A stretch of 64,000 nt of DNA, from positions 1 through 64,000 of the forward strand of contig JBEUKZ010000092.1 in assembly GCA_048128005.1 (NCBI GenBank). Direction: 5' to 3'. This DNA comes from Veleropilina oligotropha. Lineage: Eukaryota. A model generated the notes under the pieces. That model saw only the letters and a program-made list of their open reading frames with translations, was not told the DNA's origin and made no database searches. Made by a program: the position numbers and the translations under genes. Shown one piece after another: positions 47,437-62,400 of this stretch (positions are counted from its first letter, which is position 1; the number at the start of each line of letters is the position of its first letter).

Positions 47437-50400
47437 CTGGAAATAGAAAAAGTATCCTTTCTAAACATTCTGAAAGATACAAAAAAGATAAATTCGAATT
47501 AATTGATACAACGAATACCTAATTCTGAAACAATAGAATGTTTAATTAATTAACCTTTCGATGATTAGTATCTTAGTGAAAACGATTATCGAACAATGAT
47601 TTCGTTAAAGTGTGTGAAAACGAAAATGAAAAAATCATTTCCTAAAGATACTGGCTATCTTTCTTTAGTATAGCAAATGCATGAATGTGTTTATTAGCAA
47701 CTTATCTATTTCCTTTCAGATGTTTTACAAAAGAACGCTTGTTGATATTACATATTAAGAAGGCTATATGGTCCGTTCATGTGGTTAGCAAATAGCATGA
47801 AGTCATTTATTGTCTGATATAGGCCAAACTGTTCCATTGAATTATTTAAAATTTTAATCGACAAGTAAACGCCTACCCGCCAATATTTCAGTGAACATCA
47901 AGTGGGATACTAACAGCTAAATATCAGTGTCAAGATTGATGAGTGAGGCTGTCAATAATACATAGTAGCATGCTACCTGGGGTATATCTTAGGATAATAC
48001 CTAATATAGATATTATGTCCTTTTCCGATCGAGTAGCATCAGACATGATATCTTATATATTATTTACACGAACATTAAATTTTAATAGTACGCCAAAAGG
48101 TGAAACGAAATATGCCCCTTTAGTCGGATTTTATATACTAACAGTGACAATCATGGCTGAAACCTTGTTTGAACATTGTTTGCAATATGGCAGTATAAAG
48201 GATCGTATTACCTTTACAAACATTAGTACCTATGTAATAAAATATATACTGCAACGCAATTGATGTAGTGCGTGTTTTTTACATGACACCGTATACTTTA
48301 TATAGGAGAGACTATCCGCCCGCCCGTCATGTTACGCAGAGCGATAAATCACAGATATGGTACAGTTTATTCCAGTTGCGTGACACAAAAAGGGCGACAT
48401 TATAGTATAAGAAGTACTTGATTCATCCCCCGTTGTGCGATACAGAGAGCGAGAGACATTACAGTTATAAGTAATTAGATTACTAATTTGTAATAATCAT
48501 ATTGTGTTAGGTAATTATGACTTGAAAGTTCATGACAATGGATTCTGTTGAAGCAAATATTCTGCGTTGGATTTGTTTTGGCGTAAATCTGTACTTCGAA
48601 GGACCTTATATAGCTTTAATTTCAATTTACACTTGCTTGCAATCTTGGATTGTCTTATGACTATACTACTTTTAAAGACTAGTGGGTACACCCGTTTACA
48701 AACGGGTGATTTCGCCGAAATCCCCCATTTCTCATCCCTTTTGCCACCCACCATTTCTCCCCCCTCCCCAACTTTACCCCTCCCTATTTCTCTCCCCCAT
48801 ATCTCGCCCCCTTCCCCCACTTAAGCCCCCCTTTCCCCCATCTGCCTCACACCTGCCTGCCCTCCGCCCCCCAGACCTCTACCCATCCCGAGAGTGTCTC
48901 AATCAGCTGACGCTATCTCTCCATATATATATATAACATTATCTTACTTTAGCTCTTAATACTGCAATCTGATTGGTTAACATTCCTTCTACAATTACCG
49001 TATTCCCCACCCAGGCGGGTATATGAATTATTTATACCTTACGTAGTTATGTGTACTATTGTGATTTGGAGCGCCCTCATAGACAAGGGAGATAATTGTG
49101 AACATGTCGTCTGCCAAAACATCAATGCAAATGTTAAGTCTTGGAATCGTACATCGTTTCGAAAATTTTGCATCAATTTCATTGTATAGTCGTAACGGTT
49201 TACACTTTTGACATTTTCATGTAAAATAAATATTCAATTATCCTTATTTAGCTAATTTTGGTGTTTATTTCGACTTCCTATTCTTCTCCTGCGCAGAGAC
49301 GTCATTTATTTATCGCACTGTATGGAGTATTCTTAATTTCTCTGCCTGGAGAGTGACGGTTGCTAGGCATTATTATTTCATTCTAATAGGCGCGTCAGAA
49401 TATCTTCAATATTTTATATAATGTATACTGGTATGGATGTATTTGCCACAAACATACTTTGTGTATGTTTCAATAATCATGCCAATTATGCTAAAATATC
49501 ACAGTTATAACGGAAGGAATATTTTTTATATTGGACACGAGTTTTACACATGATCTTCGGCAGACATGAAAACATTATTTTAGGAACGCGGTTTTTTAGT
49601 AACAACAATAGTATATATAAAATGGATTATTTCACGGAGTTACGAAGTTGGAAAAGAAACTTGTTCAAAAGGCTTGATTTTATTATATTGAAGTAAGATA
49701 AATTCGTTGTCGGCATAGCCCTGGTGAAATATGGGCCTATGTACCGTTTGTGAGAATTTATTAACCTCGACTTCGTCTCGGTTAATAAATTGTCACAAAC
49801 AGGTACATAGACCCATATTTCCCTCGGGCAATGCCGACAACTTATAGTGAACTTGACCAAGAAGTGGGAAGTGTGAAACCGACAAACCTACACGCACGCA
49901 AACAAACTGACATAATTACTACTTTATATATACAGATGCTGATTCCACTTCAGTCCCGTAAAGTGCGTAAACGCCAATTAACCTAACCCTTTTGGTATGC
50001 AATATTTTCATAAAGTTATGCTGGTTAAGAGATTTTCGTATCCAAAATTAAAATATAAGATCTGGTAATAGATGTTTAAAACGCCGATATGGAATTAAAA
50101 GTGTACGCTTTTTATTCACGGTGATCATGCACTTCGGTTTCTGGATGTTTCGACCATATCTACGGAACCACAGATGATGACATGAGAGTAAACATATCCT
50201 TCTTGTTGACGTCTTTATTGGAGAATCCTCACCTGCTGCTCAACAGGTACAGCTGAGGCAATTTTACGGATTCTCTTACGTTTTCGTATTATATAATTAT
50301 CTATTGGAAGAAACGCACATAAAGCACCAAAGGTTATGGCATGAAATTTCAAGTTATACCCTGAAATCTTCGTCCAATTTCCATCACCGGAATTCCATAA

Positions 50401-53400
50401 TTTTAATGTATGAAATAATAAAGTAGGGCGAAATCACCGGCACAGTGTTACAATCCAGTTTTTACTCAAATTTGGATAATGTTTTCATTGGAGCATACGC
50501 ACTTGGTGAATGGCCTGCCGGGTAATCCCGCTGGATCGATGAATGCCCGATCTAGTTGCATCATCTGGTCGTTCACCATCCGAATAACAAACGGGCTGCA
50601 AGGTAAAGCATCGGAATAATTTCAAATTCTGGACATACTTATATTTCATTAAATCTAAACCAATATAACTATGTGTAAAAAGTAATGACCATTTTGAGAT
50701 GTGAAACATTCCTTATACGTTAAATTTATACGATAAAGTATTGGAATAAGGGACTGGTCATTTATTATTGATGGAGGGGGGGGGGGGGTTCCGGTGGACA
50801 TGGTCAACCGATTTTGTCAAAAAATGATGACCCACCCCCCAAAGTCTGTCACATTTGTTCATGTCTCACCCCCAGACCGCGTCTTTTTTTCATGACCTGG
50901 GTGAATTTTGGGGGTGGGGTGGATTCTGAAGGAGGTCTTGTTTGAATGAAGGTAACTTTTACAATATATTCTAAACTATCCGAGCAGCAGGAAACTCTCT
51001 GTCCTGCATTTGGTCGCTCCGACAGCCGTGTGGTTTCGGTTGTGGACTGACTTGATCCCGCTGACACGATCAGTAGTTGGTTCGAACATCGGTCGAGACA
51101 TGACGTTATATGTTCAACTATTGAGTCACCGTTGTCTGTAAATGGTTGGAGAGAGCAGGTTTCTCCGAGCGACCGGACTTTCCTCCCGGGATAATATGGA
51201 CATGGCCTGCTTTGAACCTATTGATTGTTGGAAACATAGAGGCAATTAGGCATCGATCCTTCCTTTTCCTTTCCTGTCCTGCATTTTGAGGGGATGAAGA
51301 TAAATGTATTTTTAACAAGTACAACATTTATTGCTCAAATACAATAATCTCGTAAACACAAATGACATTTATGCTGTTTACCAAGCCATATTGGCACCGA
51401 AGGCAATGAAAGGACTGATAAAGAACTAAAGTCAGCATTACATATTAACCAACCTAAAAATTCTGTATTCAGATTTTAAGTACCATATAAATAAACACAT
51501 TTAAAGTACATGACAATGTTATTGGGATGATCGGATGGGGAATAAACTGCAGAATGTCCAGGATCTTCTTGGTGAGGTGGGCCCCTCACTTACGCTGTGA
51601 AGAGGTCGTCTTGGCCAGACCGAGAATTGGGCATTCCCACTACACTCACTTCTACTTGCTTAACGGGGAACCCCCGCGTGAGTGTATTCCTAGAGCTACT
51701 GACCTATACCAGTCAGACATGTATTTATTGATTTAGACCAAATGTGTCAAAAATATTTTAGGGCATCCCCACTTCAAGAAAATTTAGTAGTAATAAAAGT
51801 GATGTCATATGTTAAAATAAGTTAATATAACCTTTTACTTTAATTTCAACCTTTCAAGTCGCGTGACCGATTACGACAGAAATCTTGTCTGTCCTGTATT
51901 TTGAGAGTGTAAACGTGGTATTTTTTACAAACGTTTATGAACCATTTTCATCAGGCTGTATGAGTTTTACAGAGCGTTGTGTATTTATTCCATAGCCCGC
52001 CCCTAAAGCCTGTATCATTTTGAAAAGGGGTAGGATCCAACTGTTACAATTTGTAATGAACTGTCAACGTGGGTTCTAGCTCTCACCCGGCGCAGAGGTA
52101 AATTTGGACAATTTGCGGTGTGAAACCTCTTGTCCTTCTTTCTGAGGGTACAAACGTGATGTATCTTACCACCAACATTTACGAATCGCTATCATCTATT
52201 AAACGAATATAGCAAAAAGTTATGTAATTTTTTCATGACATACCAGCAAATACATTTTTTTCATGACCTAGCTGTAAAGCCAGCGTCGTTTTGAAAAGAG
52301 GTACTATGGTCAAACCTTCACTACCGGTACCTGTGCTCAATTTTTGGCCCGCGTGGGAATGGGTCCCCACGCGGACCAAAAAGTTGACAATTAACGATGT
52401 GGAACACCCTCTCCTGCATTCTGAGTATTACAAAATGTTGTGTAATTTTTTCATGACCCACCCCTAAAGCCTGTGTCTTTTTTCGTGACCCCCCCCCCCT
52501 CATTTCCACCGGCTCAACCCCTCTATAATAAATGACCAGTCCCTAGGTCATCAGAGACAAACTTGGTCGCCGACGAAGCAGTTATTATATAACTGAAAGG
52601 TCATTTAAAAATAATACATAAATATTGCCGTGCTATAATAAACTATTAAAGGCAAATGCGTCATGTCGTAAATTGTACTAACTTTGATTTGTCTATTGTT
52701 TTCAGCCGATTCTCAAAGCCTTGAGCTGCGGATGTAAAGTTGTCAACAGCAGACGTCAGCTGGTCTGCAAATAAAAATTGTAAGTATGTTGTAAGTATTT
52801 ATTATCTCCAGTAAACATAAAATGTTATTATTGTATTTAATGAAGAATACAGTATTTTCTTCCACACTATGCATTTTATTTGACATGTCCGTATTTTCGC
52901 TGGATGAAAACCCGGTCTCCCGGAAAACTACCTTCACTGACTAGCTATGGACGACTGTGAATGTAAACTGAACAAAGGGTGCTCCGCCGGTGTTTCCTGA
53001 ATTAAAGCATGGTTTCCATATACTTGTAACGCAACGCAGCGCTGTCGGCGAGAATCGGGATCGATCGAAGACTGTTGTTTCCATACAAACTATAAAGCCC
53101 CAGTAACACTAGAGATACGACCTGTTGCCGATTTCCGACAACCACTGGTCGGTAGTTGGTTGTCAGAGGTCGTAGAAAGGTTGTTGGTAGTCTGTACAAG
53201 GTTGACAGTGTTCGGCGACTGGTTGTTGGGGGCATTTTGGTCGTAAGGAGGTTGTCGCTGCTGCATCGACAACCTTTTGACGACCAAACTGGTCTGCGAA
53301 CGGTTTTTCTTGTCTTTAATCGGTTGTCAGACGGTGAGCGACAGTTCTCGGACTGGTCTTCATTGGTTGCCGACTATCGCCGAGCTGCTTCTGGTCGGCG

Positions 53401-56400
53401 ATCATCAGCAACTGATCGCCAACCAATTGGCGAAAAAATAAACGACCAGTCGCCGAACATCGACAACTACTCGGCGATCAACCAGCAACCGCTAAGCGAA
53501 CGTGTCGCTGACCACGTGAGATGACAGTACAAATAAGCGCGGGAAATAGTCTCATTCGTTCGCTGCTCGAGTGTTACATTATATCAATAAAAGTTGAAGA
53601 CACACGATATAAGTATGCTGCTTGCCTCAGCTTCCAACGTGCTTCAAGACGATCAGCCAATATATAAAGTTCATTCACTAGCTTTCCGTGAACTTTGATA
53701 TATGAAGTTTGCTATGTGAATGAGATGCACACATTCCCAATCATATTTGTCCACCAGTAGCGATCAGTCCACAGTCATATCTTATTATTTTATTACAGTT
53801 TTATCTCACAAATTTAGATCATAAATTTGTGCCATGGCACAGCACCGATAGGGTTGTGGTAGTGTTTAAAATACACTCCCTGTCTCTTGCCTTCTCTTGT
53901 TGCTGGGGTGGCATCCCTAACGTTCATCCCTTCCTCTAGTACCCCTCATTTCTCCATGCTCCATGTAGGATTTGATGGTCATCTGCCTCACGATAGAAAA
54001 CTACATTCTGGTGGGCAGGATACCTCAGACGCATCAGGTTGTGGAGACAAACACAGGCTAACACGATGGCATTCACAGTCTCTGGCTCATGTTGAAGAGT
54101 GGTGAGTAGGCATCGGAATCGGTTGGCAAGGATGCCGAATGCGTTTTCGACAATGCGTCTGGCTCGAGACAGTCTGTAGTTGAAGGTCCTTTCAGCGTTT
54201 GTTAGATTACGACTTGAATAGGGCTTCATCAACCACGTGCGCAGCGGAAAGGTATCATCTCCAACCATGAAACAAAGGATGGGTTTATCATCACCTGGAG
54301 ATTCTTCATTTGGTGGCCGTCCAAGGGCACCATTATCTAACACCGCCTTTAGGTCTGAGTTGTTGATGACTGCGCAGTCAGAGGCTGATCCATTCTCGCC
54401 CACATCTTTTCAGATGATCTTGTAATCGGCATCCACCACGACCAGGATAATGATGGAGAAGAATCCTTTGCAGATGTGATACACGGACCAGGAGTTATTT
54501 GGGCACTTAATTGCAATATGTTTCCCACATGGTGGAAATTCCATCTGGTACCAAAATTCTCACTCAACAGCCGCATTCCATCTTCTGTGATAGGAACTGG
54601 CACCACTTCATCGCCATACTCTTCAATAATTGCGTCACAGACTTCCCGGACAAAGACTGATATAGTGTTGTTAGCAACTCTGAAGGCAAAGGCCAGGCAG
54701 TGATAGCTGTTTCCAGTTGCCAGGTACCGAAGAGTAACCGCCAGTTTGAGTCCAGGTTTCAAGGGTTTACTCCACTTGGTGTCTTGCTGGGTGTTAACCT
54801 CTGCAGAAGCTCATGAAACATGGCCGGCTCCATTCTAAAGTAGGCAATAAAGTCTCCATGTGATTCTCCTTCCGGCTAAGCCATGAGATTTTCTTAGTCA
54901 AAAGCAGCCTTCTGGAGATCCATATGGTCTCATCCAGTACTGTCTTTGTCTTCTCCTTATTCTTCTGCGTTATGTCAGCATCAGAAGAGCTAAAGCATCA
55001 GAAGCATCATCCTCTTCCTGTTGCAACATAAATCCCAGCATCTGTAGCTATCGTTGTAGCATTGGAAGAACCATGTTGATATGTTGCCTCTTCAACAGTT
55101 TGTGGAATAATCAGAGATTCCGCTAGGCAGCCTATATTTATACCCCTAGACATGGGTTGTTAGTCAACGTTAAAAGATTGCCAAGCGCCGTACGAACATC
55201 GGCGACAAACTGCAACCAGTTGTCAATTATCGCCGAACATTTGCCGACAATAGCACGAACAGTGGGCCATCTGTCTTTTAAAAAAATGGATGATCGTACA
55301 ATGTTCGTACGATACTCGGCAACTTGTACAACCAATCGGCAACTAATTGCCGAATAATATTTTGGTCGGCAATGATTGTCGTTGGTCGCAGCATTTTTTG
55401 GTTGCCAGAAGTCGGCAACCGGTCGTATCTCTAGTGTGACTGGGGCTTATACGTTAGCGATGCTGGACGATTGTGACCTATACACGTTTTACATTTCACT
55501 TCTTGTTCAAAGATGGCGACCATATACAGGAGATTGATGCTTTTAAGGTTGCTCTGTTTGCTTACGATAATCGCCGATAGATTTCCATATGACTTGTAAC
55601 GCATCGTAACGCAAACGTAACAATCGCAAAAGTTGAACAGCGTTTAAATCTTACGATTCATCGGCGATCAGTCGGCGACTGGCACCAACGCATCGGGAGT
55701 GTGTTTCGATATAATCGTTACCAGTCGGCGACTGTCGCCGACAGCCTAAAGCCTGGTTTCCATATACTTGGAACGGACAATCGGGACAGGTCGCAGACTT
55801 GTTGCGACACAGTGTTTCCATATAAACTTTAACGTTAGCGATGCTGGACGATTGTGACCTATAAACTTTTGACATTTCGCGGTCAAAAACAGGAGATTTG
55901 TGCTTTTAACGTTGCTCTGTTTGCTTGCGATACTCGCCGATCGGTTTCCATATGACTTGTAACGCATCATGCCATCGTGACATCGTAACGCAAACGTAAC
56001 GATCGCAAAAGTTGAACAGCGTTCAACTATTACTATTCATCGGCGATCAGTCGGCGACTGACGCCGACGAATCGGGAGTGTGTTTCGATATAATCGTTAC
56101 CAGTCGGCGACAATCGCCGACAGCCTTACGTTGCGTTACAAGTTATATGGAAAGTGTCCGCGATCTTATCTGCTTGGCTACCGGTACGACATATTGTTAC
56201 ATGCCTATTTAAATCATATTCGTTACACTGTTAAAATGAAGTTATTTTGCAGTTCCAAAAAATTCACTCACCTAATTCAATGCCATTATTGGTCAGTATT
56301 GCCCCGAATGACATGAACAGTGAATTCTTGAGTTTGTCCATTTCCGTAGCATATACATTTACACCAAACGGAATAATTAGGTTATCAGAAAGTTGTCTCA

Positions 56401-59400
56401 ACACCTCCACTGTTGTCTGCGCTACAGCTTTATGCCTCTGAAAGATAGTATCACCATGAGGTTTGATTGTGATTGATGCTATATTCAGCATCCTTCAATG
56501 TAATACCAATAAATGTACATATTATCGCGGTATAAAGGCTTTTTGTGAAAACCAGCCTTCAGTGACAGGATCCGGTGAGGCGAACTATGAAGGGCAGCAT
56601 ATTCTGTGGGGCAGTTGCAATATCTGCGCATGCGTGGCAATTAGTATATTGTTAGTCTGGTCCCGTAATATTGTATAATTTGTCAGTTTTGCCTAGTTAC
56701 TATCACTAATGCCGTATCAATTATTATAATGTTACTTTTTCCAATGTAGAAATTAACTAGTAACCAACGTTTTGTCCATATAGCGGTGTGTACGTTTACC
56801 TGTGCTGTTGGCGAAATAGATATATTCCCTTCTACACGCACGGATATAAAATTAATATAGGCCTATATTTTCATATGTGACAACAGCGTTGTCATTAATA
56901 TTATGTCATGATTTAATATAGTAGACCTATCTTCTATGCAAACCTGATTATTTGGGGTGTAACCAGCATATACTAGTATCTAAATATAAACAGGTTAGTA
57001 AGTAAATTTCCCGTATATTTTTATGCGCGCGATGGCGTGGAGAAACGAATATATATAAGCCTATAAACAATTTTACCAACTACAGACAGATGTAGTTTAG
57101 TCGTTAATTGCAAATGTAACATAATAATTGATAAGATCATATTGCAAGTAATTGACAAATTACACAATGCTGAAGGGGACCTGACTCAGTCAGTGCAATG
57201 TTGACTAATTGCCCCACCTGCTCCACAGAATGTGCTGCCCCTCAAAGTTCGCTACACCGGACAACTGTGGCTGTTAATTGAACAGGATACAGCCGAGCAT
57301 ACCCTTTAAATCAGAACAGTCAGAAAAGTGATTTGGAATTCATTCTTAACCAAACGCCACCAGTTCTGTCTTTACCATGGATGTGACAATTTAACATTCT
57401 CGACTGAATATTACAAGATGATGGTCTAAAGCGGTTTCCACGTCTCTAGGAGAGTGGTAGGCTGTAACGGAACCATCATACGTTGCTAACGATGTATCTA
57501 AATTATCGCATTATCATACTTATGTTGTCGTTCCATTGCACATGCGTGGCCGCTTCGGCAGCGCAGTGGGTAGAGTGTCCACTCTAAATTCACTGGCTTG
57601 ATTCCGCTAATGCGAAGAGTAATGGGTTCAATACCTGGCTGAGGCATTGACATTTGTTCAAGTTATGAATCACAGTTGTTCGCGACTGGCCGAAGAGGGC
57701 GGGTTTACCCGGGCGACCGGGGTTTCCTCCCGCGATAACACGGACATGTCCTGCCTTGAACCTCGATGTTTTAAATATACAGGATATTAAGCATCATTCC
57801 TTCCTTCCTTCCTTCCATTGCACATGCAGCGGCATCGATTGCGACACTGTTCGGATATAACCGTCCCACTGGCGAAGATGGGAAACCGGCGGGTGTGGAG
57901 AGTCTCTCATGTTACGGGCAACCCACCACCACCCACGAACGCAGAGACATGAATACATACACACATAATCCTTGTAATAATGTCGCTTCGATCAGATTGT
58001 TTGCACATGCAGTTCTTCACATTAAACATGGTAATACATGGTCTTAAGACTATTTCTCTCACCGTAAAGCCTTGATCAATAATTCTGTCCACGGCAAAAA
58101 ATGTCTCGTACACTGAGTGATATAACGGATATGAAGCAATACTTAAAGTATTCTACAAAATAAAGATATATTACAAAGCATAATTGTTACATACATAATG
58201 CAATAATATGATGACAGTAATATTTGATAGCCTTGATAAAACACGGCAAGATTAATACAATTTCAAGTCGAATTTTACCAATGCTTTTATGAGGCATTTA
58301 CTTTCCAAATAATATTTGCTAAAAAAAGGGCAAAGCCAGTACATGAGTTGGTCGATCGTATTGAAATACACTAAACTATTCGTTACGGGCATGTCGTTTT
58401 GCAGGGAGGACACTTCCGACCAGACGTCGCTGCAAAAGGGCAACATGAACGCACCGAAACGATAAAGTATTGTAGTGTTATTTGTTTGTCGCACCATCAA
58501 AACTGTCTGCCTAGCCTTTTCTTCACTCTCATTAATCCTTTAGACCATCCTACAAGGTACAGTGAGATAAAAGAGAAGACGAAGCGGACAGAGGATGAAA
58601 TGGATAGACGGCATCACTGAATGGACCAGGAAAGGGTTTCCTGACTCCCGGCAGAAATTTGTCATAACGAAGCCACCTTTGAAAAATGAAAACGGAAATT
58701 GCGCCGAATTTTGTCAAAGACTTACGGAATCGTAGGTATACCGGAAATCCACAGCAGGAATTCCAATTTTTTGCATCAACGGAGCATAATCACTTCCTGA
58801 TCCGGGTATGCTGATCCTGAAAGGTTATATACTTGATGAAATTCGTAACGAAGACAAGTGGAAAAGTTTACATTTCAAACAACCAGGATGTAATTCCGTG
58901 GTACATAATTATTATAATATCAATTCATTAATCCATACATACATTCATCTCTGCAACCAGAAGTCCAACCTTTGACCCATTTGATGATACGATTTCATCT
59001 ATTTCATGTTTGTTTATATGTATTTACGTACAAAAGCATGCATATTAACCAGTTTTGAAAACCTTCCGATAAAAATACTGTGCACCAAGTCGCATTTACC
59101 CAATATGATGCCCGACATGTGTTGTACCGTCTTCATTTAAAGTTGAAAACAAAGCAAGGAACAAGTAAACGATAATGTTGAAATGAGTTCATGATGCACA
59201 CGCCAGTATACTGTTTGAAACCAGTGTAATCCAAGTTATGTGACTGTTTAAAGGGGCACTAGCATTGATTTACGGCGAGAAAAGTGACAGTCTTCCAATT
59301 TTGTCGATCGAGGTTGTACCGATATATAAACCTCTATCTTTTCGCGATAAGAGTGGTGCCACAACAAGTCGCGACTTTATAGAAGAAGTTTTATAAATAG

Positions 59401-62400
59401 GTGCAGAAAATGTTGGAGTCTATCGCGTTCCTCGTCGTAGATCTGCGCAAGTGCCACTTTATGTACACGAAACATAGTACGTACGACGGCAGATTTGCAT
59501 TTGTTGGGTCTGGAAAACTGTGTTGCCACGTGTCGTACACCGTGCTTCTTCCTGCTGTCACCTCGCTCTCATCAGGATTCGGAATCTGTGAGAGACCATC
59601 TCACTGCATTGTACATACTATACGTCACAGTAATATTACTCAAAACACGTCAATATTATGTGAATTGGGTGCCATAATTTTCTTGATTTGCAGAATTATT
59701 TTAGGATCAAGTGTAATTTTATGCTTGGTGGAGGACCTGGGTTTCGATGATTGATTGAGATACGGGCCTACCAAGCCAGACGTGTTCGGTTTGGTTTCCA
59801 GGTATATGTCAGCGGTGCCTTTGCACATAACATCTCTTCATTTATCATTTAGCTATCGCTCTCGATATTTAGAACTATAAATATTTTTTGTTGTAACCAA
59901 ACACCATTTTGATATGCATATACATGTTTGTAGTAAAGGAAGTGTTATCTCCCATTAATCGCAGTTGGGGGTTTCACACGATGATCGGCTACCGTCAACT
60001 GCCACTCAAATACTGATTGCTATATCAAATACATCCTGGTTATCCAATCATATTCAAACTGAGGAATCTCACCGGTTAAAGCTTTGCTCTAAATTCACAA
60101 TAACTGTTTCTTCAGGAGTGGGTTCGGATACTCTGCACGATACATGATCGGCGATAACATTTAGGCTTGTCATGATATGAACCTGAGGAGCGTTATATCG
60201 AACAGTAAGCTTCGATACATACCATGGACGCGATATAAAGACAATGAAACTCTAGGGTCCGTTCTTCCATTGTTCGGCAAACAATTGATTTAACCAAGTG
60301 AGGACAAGGAGCCAAACTCACTGACAAATAAATTAACAAGGTGTTGATAGAAGTGAACTCTTCTGATAAAGCGCCCACGGGGTGATATCTGCTTTTCATT
60401 ATACTTGTAAGGGGTTACAGGTTGAAATTTACAATAGATTGCCTCGGAATGTATGACAGATAATACCCTGACACCCCTGCGTGATATCTTGCACAATTTC
60501 CCTCGCTCCGCTCGGGTAATTATGAAAGATATCTTCACAGGATTCAAGGTATTATCTATTACATACATTCTCTGGGCTCTATATCAGAACAATACGACTG
60601 GGATAGCAAGGAGCCTCATTGTTCAGGTTAATTACTCAAACAATGATATTTCCTCGAGTGGAGATTCCTCTTGGGCTTAACAATGGACTGGAAAGGTGTC
60701 AATGGAAGGGTTCACTGTTTTGATAAACATGCGCACGGCCTGTTATCATGGGCAATTCCATTTTTAAGGGGTTACAGCTTGCTATTTACAATTGATTTCC
60801 ATGGCATGTATGACAAATAGTAACCTGCCACCCAAAGGTGATATCGGTTAATGTCTCTTGCTTCGCTGAGCTATTAACGCCGATATCGTCCAGCGTGGCA
60901 GGTTATTATTTATTACATACAAATCAAACCAAGAGCATACAAACTGTAACGTACCCTTGCTGTGGCATCATAAAGAAGGTCGTTCATTAATGGTACACCA
61001 ACACTTCTCAGAGAAAAGTTTCCTGAAACATAGCAATTAATCATTTTTCAACTAATTTCACGACGATACCAAAAAATACTAATAATCCATCGATCGAAGA
61101 CGGGAAATAAGCTATTAATCTATAGCTACATCTTGTTCAAAGAACCACTCTGAGTGCATTCAGAAATACATTTTCTTTAAATGCATGAAAATGAGTTTAT
61201 AATATGGCGCTTTAACTCGCTGAAAGATATATCATACTATTCACTATTTCACCATCCATAAAATTTGTCATATCGTGACACAAACTCAAGATTATCAACA
61301 GTTAAAATTGTTTTACAAGAAGTCAATATCGCGTCCAATTTATGTTCTTCAAGAATATGATCGTACTACGAAATTGAACGACCAAGGAATATAAACTAAT
61401 ATGGATGTTTGTGGTATTTAAAACTTATAGTTATAATGGAATACCGATGGAACTGACGTTAACTTATTTCTCATAGTACAACTCACCTTGCACCGCGATA
61501 TCTATATTTACGTAGGCTACAGCACGAGTGTCCAAATTCTTGGCATATTCCTACAAAAAATGCACAGGTTTCGATTAGTCGAATAACCAACACAACTTGA
61601 TGACGCATTCGTAAACGTCATGAAAGTATATTGTAAATTGCAAGGCGTAACCCCTGAAAACATTGAATTGCCCATTATATCAAACCATGGGCGCGATAAC
61701 AATCCATTGACTCTTCCATTGAAAGGAGTCTGGCACCTTGTCAAATCCTTTGTGAAGGTCAACTTCTAGCGTGACCCGAGTTAATCTGATTGTTGGAACA
61801 ATGTAACAATTGACCCTACCAGTCCTATTATTCAGTTATCAAGCTCATGGTATGTATAATTTATTATATGCCAGTCGTTTTCTGACGCCTATTCTCGCGC
61901 AGTTTTCCGAGACCCTGTATCACGGACACAGCTGATATCGATTCAGAAAACGTCTCCTGCTTATATATTCAAAATGGCTGACAAATCGCAGGAACTACTT
62001 CCAATATAGTCCTATACTATTTCAACCTCCCTTACAGATTCGTGACTAAAATTACCATAATCTTTCGATTCAATTTAATAAGAAACTTGTTGTGGCATAT
62101 AATAAAAATGTTATCAGTTATTGTGTGGATTCTGGCACATCGGAAACCTCTCGTGACGTCGTAGTTTTTGCGGCGGATAAATCGCTCGAACTTCGTTCTC
62201 GCGTTTAATCCGCCGCAAGAACTACGACGTCACTCGAGGTTTCCGATGTGTCAGAATCCACACAATACTGATAACATCTATGTATTAATGCTGTAAATAT
62301 CTGCATACGACTAGGCAGATAATCCCAGATTGTATAACATAAATATCACTATTAATGTAACTAGCTACTCGCCTCCACCCATTCCGTTGATCCAATCAAT

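Larger units (their letters stand above)
50750..52543. mobile_element. DNA-transposon-like element with TIRs, containing a SINE and a LINE fragment
   Basis: GGGACTGGTCATTTATTAT...GAGGGG / CCCCTC.ATAATAAATGACCAGTCCC, flanked by TAA and TAG. Internal TTTTTCATGACC repeats. Confidence 0.6.

Noticed and set aside
53936..54762. Host HARBI1 gene
   Set aside because: It is frameshifted, intronless and bounded by TIRs, so it is a transposon copy.
57546..57645. tRNA gene
   Set aside because: A/B boxes are present, but they lead into a SINE body, tail and TSD, and no clean cloverleaf is evident.
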